DNA of 64,000 bases from Balanoglossus misakiensis (lineage: Eukaryota; Animalia; Hemichordata). Position numbers and translations under genes: made by a program. The DNA is taken from positions 2,483,175 to 2,547,174 of the forward strand of contig CM082589.2 in the NCBI GenBank assembly GCA_040954595.2, in the 5' to 3' direction. Below are positions 26,639 through 36,118 of the stretch, in pieces. The first letter of the stretch is position 1, and each line of letters opens with the position of its first letter. The notes under the pieces were generated by a model. It was not told where the DNA came from. It saw only the letters and a list, made by a program, of their open reading frames with translations, and made no database searches.

Positions 26639-27805
26639 TTACCATGATGTCGTGTCAAATGTAATTTTGCTGCTCTCCGGAAAGTTAGTGAAGGTGCTGA
26701 AATCTTTGTCGGTCAACTGTGATCCTTTGGTGATCAAACGATACCCAAACATCCGATACACCCTCTCCGGACACACATCTTGTGCCCTCTTCGCGATTTC
26801 CGCTCCTGTTTTGTACCGCCACGACTCTGGGCCGTCGTTTTTCTTCTTGGTCATCTCTCGGATTTTCTGCTTCACAATATCCTGCATGGGCAACCCCGCG
26901 AATTCGTAGAGCTCTTCCACAACTCTGTTGGGATTCGCCACCAGATCCTCGAAGCGCACGAGGCGGTAGTTTCTTTTCAGCCACTCCGGTCCGTGCTTCA
27001 CCGTGAGGTAGTTCGTCTCCAGCCAGATGCAGTAGTTCCTCACGATTTCGTCGATCTTTGCCAGAACTGTCTCCCGATCGTCGTTCTTCTTGCGCTTCCC
27101 GTAGATCTGGAGGCGCGTGCGTGACGACGCCATCCCGCGGGGATCTCGGACCATCTGAATGATTTTGACGTTGTGCTCTTTCAAAACCGGCGCCGCCATT
27201 ATTAAGTTATTAAGCCTTACGCTCTTGATCAGCTTGTGTTTGCGATACTTGCACACGTTTGTAATTCCACGGTCGTTGACTGTCGTCAAAAACTCAGTTC
27301 GAGTGAGTTGGCGCATCCATGATACCTCGTTCATGCTCTTGATGAAATAATCTCTTCCGGTGAAATTACACGAGTATATACCATCAATGAATTCCGTCAG
27401 TTCCTCCCTCATGTCTTCCAGAAACATCCAAGAATCGTCCCAAATGTCCCGCCGGAATCTGTTCAGAATGAACCCTGGCTCGTAAACGTAGAACACATCG
27501 GGATTTACATTGAAAGTGTCGGCCATCAAACTCGAGCCAGTACGCATGCGTGCGAAAACCATAATATTCACGTTTCTCGACGTACTATCATTGCCTTCAC
27601 TTTGATATTCGAAGTCGTTTAGACCATCCTTGATTCTGATGACGTCACTAAAGACTGAGTCTTCGTCCACGCACAACTCGCCCGTGTTTCGAGTAATCCA
27701 CTTCAGAAAACCAATATTTAAGACGAACACGATGGCCACCAATGAGAAAGTCGTCAGTAAGGAAGACATCCTTCGTGTCGGCCAAATCTCGCTGATGCGC
27801 CGCAT
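26639..27805 (-). CDS. Carbohydrate sulfotransferase, paralog 3, single coding exon (start could instead be 27829)
   Basis: TM segment, then FARMRTGSS, FYVYEP, IQMVRDPRG and VRFED. Confidence 0.86.
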   Translation of the reverse strand: MRRISEIWPTRRMSSLLTTFSLVAIVFVLNIGFLKWITRNTGELCVDEDSVFSDVIRIKDGLNDFEYQSEGNDSTSRNVNIMVFARMRTGSSLMADTFNVNPDVFYVYEPGFILNRFRRDIWDDSWMFLEDMREELTEFIDGIYSCNFTGRDYFIKSMNEVSWMRQLTRTEFLTTVNDRGITNVCKYRKHKLIKSVRLNNLIMAAPVLKEHNVKIIQMVRDPRGMASSRTRLQIYGKRKKNDDRETVLAKIDEIVRNYCIWLETNYLTVKHGPEWLKRNYRLVRFEDLVANPNRVVEELYEFAGLPMQDIVKQKIREMTKKKNDGPESWRYKTGAEIAKRAQDVCPERVYRMFGYRLITKGSQLTDKDFSTFTNFPESSKITFDTTSW

Positions 27806-28571
27806 CACCGCTGATTTTTGACTGAGCATAAAGAAAAGAGAGAAGGATGCTGCCACGATATTTTAAATACATGAAAAAAGGAAATTTTTAGACCTTAGAC
27901 CAAAATCAAAACGATGCCATAAACTACATAAGGGTTAGTGTCTTACCTTGTAATCCCTGGAAATAGCAAATGAGGGTCTAAGTTCAAATCAATGTGATTT
28001 GTTTTTCAAATAGTGAGCGCCATGAATGGCTGCAAACCTCCACGAATTCTGGCTCAGGGTATCAATAATTGTCGTCTATACATAGAGGGCGTGATGCAAA
28101 CAGGTTTCCAGCAAAACCATTGCACATGACCTCTTTCTAGATAGTTAAACTGCCATATTTCTTTGTTGCAAAGACCTGATAAAACACTGTCAAAGTACAG
28201 ACCGGTATTCACGTCCCAAAAATTAACAGCGGGTTAAAAACATTAACAGTTTAGATTTTCAGGGACGTTACTGGATCGCCCAATCAGACGTGCCGTCACT
28301 TGGGGGCAGAGGGCGCTTGCCACGTCATGTCAGCAATTGTGTGCTGCGCAACAGTTGGTAGGGATTAAAGGATAAAGGTACAGATTTTTCGCAAAAACGC
28401 ATGTCAGATTGTTTGATTATGTCGTTGGTAATACACTTCTGGTCAATAAGTACATGTATATTTTACTTGAGTACCAATCAAGCAGTCAGATTTGCACAGA
28501 AAAAAAGAAAAACATTTATTTCTACATTTTCTGTCTCGTTCTGTATCTCTTTCTGTTGCCATTTCACTGTC

Positions 28572-28600
28572 GGTCTGTCTGTCTGTCTGTCTGTCTGTCA
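28572..28600. repeat. (CTGT)n microsatellite
   Basis: gtctgtctgtctgtctgtctgtctgtc. Confidence 0.8.
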
Positions 28601-28911
28601 CTCTGCTTCTGTTTCTCACACATTTCCTCTGTCTGTCTCTTTCATATTTTAACCGACCGAAATAGCAGACGACAAAGCCCACACATTTGAAATGACCCTT
28701 CAGAACAAGCTGATACCAGCTTAATGACCATGCGTAAGGCATACAATATAGCATGATATTTAAACAAATAGATTTGCACGTTACTGTATTGTTTGCGGGT
28801 AAATCTACATTTTCAGACTTCTAGATTTATAGATTGTTTAGCCTATCTAAAACGTGTTTCGATGTTTTTGTGTAAATCGCTGAGATATTTTGTGGCGGCG
28901 TCGACGAAGGC

Positions 28912-30033
28912 ATGAAGTTCTTCAAAAGAGTCATTGTGTTTGCCATCGTGGTGTCGACTGTGCTTGCTCTGATTTATGTCAACTCGGATTGGAACGGGCG
29001 CAACGACAGCGGCGAGAGATTCATTCAAAGGGCAGGAGGTGTCACAGAGGCATGGACGAGTTCTGTCACTATTCGTTCGCCAGAGAACAAATCGTCTTCT
29101 GCTGACGCCATTCCGGATGACGCAGGACGGAAGATAAAAGTGCTCATCCACGCACGGATGAGGACAGGGTCCAGTGTGACGGCACGCTACCTCGCTAAGC
29201 ACCCGGATTTTTTCTACGCTTATGAGCCCGGCTGGATGCTGTCTCACAGGTTGCCAGGACTACGACCCGTCGACGATAGTTACACTTCTCTTGAGTATCT
29301 GAGACCGTATCTCATCTCACTGCTCCAGGGGATTTTTCGGTGCAATTTCGACAACCACGCGTATTTCGTCCAATATTTGAACACAATATCGTTCTTCCGG
29401 TCTTATACAGGGCTTCCACTCAGACTGCCTATCAGCAAAGACAACATTACAGATTTCTGTCAATCAAAACCACACGTCCTGGTGAAGACAATTCGCCTGA
29501 ACAACATTTTCTCTTTAGCGCGCACGTTGCTAAGGGATGACGTCAAAGTAATCCATCTCGTTCGCGACCCCAGGGGAATGGCTCAATCGAGGGAACAGTT
29601 TCAGCGTCTTGATAAAGCCAAGTCGCTCACCGAAGACGCTGTGTTTCACCCCATTCTGGAGAACAACATTAAGGAAACGTGCATGTGGATGGAGATGAAT
29701 CTCAATGTGGTGAAAAACGGTCCGGATTGGCTGAAGAAGAACTACTTTTTACTCCGCTACGAGGACATTGCAGACTACCCGTGGCGCTTTGTCCCAAAAA
29801 TGTACGAATTTGTCGAGTTAAACATGCCTGACATTGTCAGCCAATCTATAGAAAAGGAAATACTTAAAAGACCAAACAATGGACAATCTTGGAGAAGGAA
29901 AATGACGTTTGACCAAGTGAAAAAAGTTCAGGAACTCTGTTCAGAACGCGTTTTCCAATTGTTTGGTTATCGACTGGTGACAAGTGAGGACCAGTTGCTT
30001 GGCAACGGGAGTTTGGTAATTGACATGACATGA
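28912..30033 (+). CDS. Carbohydrate sulfotransferase, paralog 4, single coding exon
   Basis: MKFFKR plus TM segment. Motifs HARMRTGSS, FFYAYEP, IHLVRDPRG and LRYED. Confidence 0.9.
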   Translation: MKFFKRVIVFAIVVSTVLALIYVNSDWNGRNDSGERFIQRAGGVTEAWTSSVTIRSPENKSSSADAIPDDAGRKIKVLIHARMRTGSSVTARYLAKHPDFFYAYEPGWMLSHRLPGLRPVDDSYTSLEYLRPYLISLLQGIFRCNFDNHAYFVQYLNTISFFRSYTGLPLRLPISKDNITDFCQSKPHVLVKTIRLNNIFSLARTLLRDDVKVIHLVRDPRGMAQSREQFQRLDKAKSLTEDAVFHPILENNIKETCMWMEMNLNVVKNGPDWLKKNYFLLRYEDIADYPWRFVPKMYEFVELNMPDIVSQSIEKEILKRPNNGQSWRRKMTFDQVKKVQELCSERVFQLFGYRLVTSEDQLLGNGSLVIDMT

Positions 30034-30800
30034 CATGGTAACTGTGTGGATTTACGTGTACTGGGCATTGATCGATGGATCAGGGTGAAGGTGAAAATAT
30101 TTATGTTTTATGGAAAGTGTCATTGTATATATGTTGATAAAAAAATGAATAAAACTTATTGGTACGCTTTCCACCATTAAAACTAAATTTCATTAAAATA
30201 CAACAGTAGCTCCGTGGAGCGAGACTATTATGTTCCATGTTTTTCTATGGTAACCCAGCCATTAATCTTTCTGGCGTCAGATGGATTGGATATGATAATC
30301 GTTTTATATGTACATACATGTGTCATGTGGTCATATCAAACTCTTTGTAAAGGAACGGGTTGCATATCACTATAAATCTGCCATTGTGGTTTGGTGAACA
30401 GACAGACACAAATTAATGCAACTGACCGTTAAGTAGGTCTCTCCGCCATTTCATATTTGTCTTCAGAAACAATTTCTGAATACAGTGCTGCCACGTAAGT
30501 ATTATTTACATTCAATTTTTATTGAAATTTCTTTTTCGTAGAATAATTTTGATAAATTCATTCAACTATTGGCCCCATTTGCCTAGCCATTAACAGTCAA
30601 TAAAAAACTAATGCAAACATTAAATATTGATATTTATATGATTTATATACAATCGCTAGGCTTCAACGTGAACACATATTATACAAGTGTGTAGGCTATC
30701 GTCTGAAAAAATGTACAGGCTCAACTTCTCCCATCTTGTTCAAACTCGCAGCTATAGCCACCACATGTAGCCTGACTGTGATTCATCCAAGCCGTCACAT

Positions 30801-31922
30801 ATGAACATGATGGTGAGAAGAAGACTCTGCAGGTTCGCCATAATTCTGCTGGCATCTGTGACCTGTTTCAGCGCGTACCAAAATCTCTACCCAGGCAGAG
30901 AAGACCTGCCTCAGACGAGAGACACAAGCGCCGATCGGGACAACACGGAATGCTGTCAAAATTCAACTTCCCGACCGGGGTCCGAGGTTGCAAGCGACCA
31001 AGGAGTGAAGGTGCTTGTGTTCGCCAGGAAACGCACCGGTTCCAAGCTGACGGCCAGATACGTAGCAAGCCACCCTGATTTCTTCTACGTTTATGAACCG
31101 GGCCTGATGGTTTCGGATTATTTTGACGGCATGAAGGGACGGGACTCCAAAGACTATCTCATGGAAATAGAACCCAGAATTATCGCCTTTTTAGACGCCA
31201 TATTTAAATGTGATTTTACCGGACACGAGTACTTTGTAACTTATTTGAACGATATGAGCATGTTCCGGAAAAGGGGACTTTACGATCTACCACTGCCCAT
31301 AACTATGGGAAGTATCACCCAATTTTGTAGATCTAAAAAACATATAGTGGTTAAAATTGTTCGGCTTTACAGTTTGGAAATGGCGTTGCCGGTTCTCAAA
31401 AGTCATGACGTCAAAGTTATCCACCTCGTTCGCGACCCTAGGGGCACGGCTACATCCAGAGGGAATTTCCGAGGGGCGGGTAACGACGAAGGTGATACCG
31501 CCATCCTCAATGCATACCCAGCGATTGAAGAAGAGGTGACGGATGTCTGCGAGTGGATGACAGATAATTTCGAATTTGCAAATCAAGCGCCAACATGGTT
31601 AAAACAAAATTACTACCTGCTCCGGTACGAGGACATCGCGGACAACCCTTTGCACGAAGTTCCTGAGCTTTATAAGTTTATTGGCCTCACTATGCCCGAC
31701 AGCATCGATGATGTCATCATCGGCAAAACAGGAGAGCTCCCTAGAAACGGCCAGGTCTGGAGAGAGCATGTGCCGTACCAGGAGGTCACTAGGATACAGA
31801 ACCTTTGTTCCGCCAGAACGATGGCAATGTTTGGCTATCGTCAGATTAACAGTAGGAAGGAATTAAAAATGCAAGACAGTTTAGTTGAAGTTATGGATAA
31901 TTATCACTATATAATCAGATAA
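30801..31922 (+). CDS. Carbohydrate sulfotransferase, paralog 5, single coding exon
   Basis: RRR plus TM segment. Motifs FARKRTGS, FFYVYEP, IHLVRDPRG and LRYED. AATAAA at ~32047. Confidence 0.9.
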   Translation: MNMMVRRRLCRFAIILLASVTCFSAYQNLYPGREDLPQTRDTSADRDNTECCQNSTSRPGSEVASDQGVKVLVFARKRTGSKLTARYVASHPDFFYVYEPGLMVSDYFDGMKGRDSKDYLMEIEPRIIAFLDAIFKCDFTGHEYFVTYLNDMSMFRKRGLYDLPLPITMGSITQFCRSKKHIVVKIVRLYSLEMALPVLKSHDVKVIHLVRDPRGTATSRGNFRGAGNDEGDTAILNAYPAIEEEVTDVCEWMTDNFEFANQAPTWLKQNYYLLRYEDIADNPLHEVPELYKFIGLTMPDSIDDVIIGKTGELPRNGQVWREHVPYQEVTRIQNLCSARTMAMFGYRQINSRKELKMQDSLVEVMDNYHYIIR

Positions 31923-32495
31923 CTACATGTATTAGTATATAAGACTCCATAAACAACTTCTCTTAGACGGAAAACTGCGCCCTCAACACAAAAGTACACC
32001 ACTCTTTCGTTTAGTATGTTTCGGGTCACATTTCTTCAGGTCAGTCAATAAAAGTGAACAAAACATCACTAATAATACTGATTCATGCAGACGTCACTTT
32101 TTATTAGAGACTTTATTGAAAATATACAACATAGTATGACAGATAAGTCATTCAAGAAAGCTACTTTCCCTTAAAAATGCATTGATTGTAAATTAGACAA
32201 AAAGTTTTCTACTTCAAGCCATGGTGTCTACTAGGAATTTGATGGTACATGTAAAGGTAAAAACAAAACTCATAAATAATACTGACAGCCACTTGATATG
32301 CTGATTGTGTCTGACCACTGAGCTGAGTCACTCAAACCTCTCACCCCTCACCATACCTAGAAGTTGTCCTTGGTATAATCAAACTGTATTTCATTGCTGT
32401 GGATCAATCCACATGCTTGGAAACGAGGGGTGAAAGGGTCAGATCCTGTGTAAATATTCAGTGGTAACATGATCTCTCAGATACCATGGAGAGCT

Positions 32496-34469
32496 TTACA
32501 GTCGGAACCTGAAAGAACTGAAATAAACAGAGTATTGTCAATGATATGGACTAGTTGGACCTATAGATTAAGACCATGTGAGACTTGGCAAAATACGTTA
32601 TTAAAACTAGTCATAGTTATATATACTTTGCAGGAGTTTGAGTGAAATCTAACTATCTTATCTCTGTGCTTAAATTTTACACTCTCTGTAAAAGACCGAG
32701 AACTTACTTGATGAAGTCTGGGGCTTTGGAGATAACATGTTCAAATTCAGCAAAGGACAGAGAGTCGTCGTCATCCAGATCAGCTTCTTCAAAGATCTGT
32801 CAGGAAGATATTGATATGTTATATATTATATAGTATGAAATTGGTGGAAATTAGTGTAAGTAATCTATGGGACTATGCAGCAGGAATCCAACATGCATAT
32901 TAAGTAAAAAGGACTGTGTGAATTTTCCACTTACATTATCTATCAGCTGTTGCATGTCTTCATCAGATAACTGTTGATCTCCGGTCAGTCTATTGACGAC
33001 TTCCCTGAGATCAGCACTGTCAATGAAATCATCCTCATTGAAGTCTGTGAATTAAAAAATAAATATATACATTCGTACATGTAAGGACACACATGCAAAC
33101 ACAAAAAATCATGCACCGCTGAAAGAGTCATTAAAAAACTTAGCCCTGATCGTGTGTATGTAGATGTACTTACCATAGATTCTGAAGGCATATTCTGATT
33201 TGACTGCCTTGGGTGCATTGTCACTGAAGACAGACATCATGTCCAGGAAATCTTCAAAGGTAAGATCTCCATCACCGGATGTTGAAAACACCTTACAGAT
33301 TCTGTCCTTGAAGGGATTGACCTAGAAAGTAGAAGTAGATCAAATATTGTGTAACTAATTCATGGCTTTTACACGTCTGTGTCAAGCAGAGACATTTACC
33401 AGTGACAAAGTATACTACACATGTTGACTAATATAGACAGTACCTTCAATTCTTGAAGTTCCATTATTTTATCCATAGGCAACCTGACATTCCTGTCTTG
33501 TCTCACCGCATCAGGATCCAGTAAATGAAAGCGTTTGAATACACTGCAAGAAGAATGTACAAATTGTTAAAGATTCCATACAAAGTTTCACAAAATAAGT
33601 GGAAAGAAACACACAAATAAATTAAATCAATCATGACTTATGGCATTTTATTCCCAACAAGAATCAAAGTCTGGCAGTGACAAAAACAGTATTTACTTTT
33701 GAACTTTGACCTCACCAACAATAAATATCTATATCGAAATGTGTGATAAAATATAGATATACTCACTGAAGAATTTCTTTCTTTGTGAAATACGTCAACT
33801 CCTGCGAAAAGAGCAAAGCATCGGCTTGTATCATAACTGTGACTGGTTGTGATCAGGTTACCTAGCTAAACGTGCGACTGTGACGTCATCGGTCGACGGT
33901 CTTGACTACGGCTCGACTGGGGGCACACGGTATCGCCGAATATGTCGTATTTCACAAATCTATCTCCTCGACTTGTTGAGAAATGTTGACAGGACACGAA
34001 ACTCGCCCGAGTCGCGATCGTCGACGCGCAACGAATGATCTGACGTAGTTGATTACGAGCGAATCCGGCTCACATACATACTGGGAAACACTTCCGTGTT
34101 TACGTTGTCCGCCATGTTGATCTCGATATTGTGTGAACGCATTTCGTTCGGTACCTAACCGCGGTTGTGGATATCGTTATGAAGTAGGATATCCTATGTC
34201 ATAGAATTTTATCAGTGACTTAATTAGGTTTAAAACAACGCTAGAACAAACAGTTTATACAACCCAGGACTGCTCGAGTGTTTGATACAACACTGCAGCA
34301 ATGGCGACAGGTGTGTGTACAGTGCACAGTACAGGACCTTCTGTCGAAAAAGTGCAATTTATCTGCACTCTGTTACTTCACACCTTTTTACTTTGAAGGA
34401 ATATAGATCGATCCTTACCTGGTAATCTTCAAGTTCGGCCTCTGTAAACTGAGTATTCGTATTTCCCAT
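32496..34469 (-). CDS. CIB1: Calcium and integrin-binding protein (EF-hand, N-myristoylation motif), 7 exons
   Basis: Spliced product: [17 protein letters not shown]|[12 protein letters not shown]|VFKRF...ELK|[33 protein letters not shown]...YAFRIY|DFNEDDFID...|[28 protein letters not shown]|NSFRFRL*. The CIB family is certain; CIB1 versus CIB2/3 orthology is less so. Confidence 0.88.
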
Positions 34470-35154
34470 CTTTACCGACCGGAATATTCTCCCCTCGATC
34501 GCGTTCGCAGTTAAAGTTATATGCCAAATCGAGGCTGACTGGTAAATTTCGTAATTTGCATATCAAAGAGTTTCCTCGACACGAGTGACGTCATGCAGTA
34601 AACAAAAGTAAATAAATCCGTACTTGCTATTTCGAATCGTTTTAAACAGCCGTTCGTTATCTCGGATACGTTATAGTCATTTTACAATACTTTGGGGGTA
34701 AACTTGAACGTATCCCATAACTGGACAAACGAATTTCTACAACAATTTCCTTATATAGATTTTATAGAGGTATAAAAATGCAATGTCATAATTCATTAAA
34801 TCTGGCAAATTCATGGCAATTCTTCTAGAACTGTCTCAGTGTGTGATATTGTTCTGTTATTATTGATATTTGCGCATCAGGGGAACAATGATCCACAGAT
34901 ACACTCGTATGATTTATTAAGTCTGTTTATTGCCAAGAATTAACTATAATTCATCAGGTGGCATGTGCCAAGTCAGTATGTCACGTGATGATAGCTATAC
35001 TCAAACGAAGAATGTCATACAATCGTTATAATCGCAGTAGAAAAAGTGAAAATCTTCAGAAGCCATTCACGATCAGCAATAAATCTCAACTGACGGATTC
35101 GCTCTCAAAAATCACAAGCGCAATGCAATTCACTAACTAGGGTCGACCAAATTG

Positions 35155-35566
35155 TAGCCCGGAGACACAGGCGTAGTAGTAGGGGAAAAGGAACGCCCGG
35201 GGACAGTCTCTATTTACGCCCCGAATTCTGTGCGCAGAACGACACGGGTGGTAAATCTTGTGTGTAAGCTAATTGGTCACTCAATGTAAACCAAATGACA
35301 TCATCGCATTCTAAATAAGGAAATAGAGGTAGAGTCATGTGTGAAATTCCCGCGACGGGATGTGGGAGTGGTTTACCAAGCTTTGTTAATTATATCATCC
35401 AACCACTGGCGCCCGTCAACATTTGATAGATCACTCGTTAGCCATTCGTTACTAAGCGACCCTGATCGTTGCCAGGGCTACTATCTTTCAGCTCAGCAGG
35501 AAGTTACTTCACTGTCCCCGGGCGTTGTATTCTAGATTCTAGATCAACGCCTGTGTCTCCGGGCTA
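35155..35566. mobile_element. MITE with 20-bp TIRs, a second internal 16-bp inverted repeat and a 9-bp TSD
   Basis: TIRs TAGCCCGGAGACACAGGCGT / ACGCCTGTGTCTCCGGGCTA. TSD ACCAAATTG at 35146-35154 and 35567-35575. Inner IR AACGCCCGGGGACAGT (35192-35207) / ACTGTCCCCGGGCGTT (35511-35526). Confidence 0.9.
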
Positions 35567-36118
35567 ACCAAATTGCTCCATTAAGTAACTATAACATTAC
35601 TCACACCAATAAAAAAACATGTTTTCGGAGCACAGTCATGCACTAAGCAGAAAAATCTTTCCAAGGATACACAAGGACAAAGTAGTCTTTTTCTCTCAAA
35701 GTTGACTTTCTGATAAAATATTCAATATACACTCTATCTCATTTTCTGAATCAAAGTTTTGATATCTGATTTGTTTTCTTTCCTGGTATCACAACTTGCG
35801 TTATACTTCTGTGGGATTCAGACACTGTCACTAATTTTAATTTTTTCACGTCGATTATTACCATTTTATTTTTATCGCCAGAATAGGGGCTAGTGCGATT
35901 TTATAAATTGGCAGCATAGTCTGACTTACCAATCTCTAAAATATGAGATGTGTTTGTTGTAAGTTATTGTGGAACATATTCACAATTCTACACCAGTTTC
36001 TATTCATATTGTCCTTCATATTCAGTGACCCACTATAAGTGTGCAAGTATAGGTGAAACTCTCACCATTTCTTTGTTGTCTTTGTCATTGTCGTGATGCA
36101 CAACGATTACTGCTGTGT

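Noticed and set aside
15204-27350. Long antisense ORFs over the transferase genes (e.g. 15204-15800, 21069-21764, 23248-23580, 26780-27124)
   Set aside because: Explained by the codon bias of GC-richer coding exons on the opposite strand; not conserved in register among paralogs.
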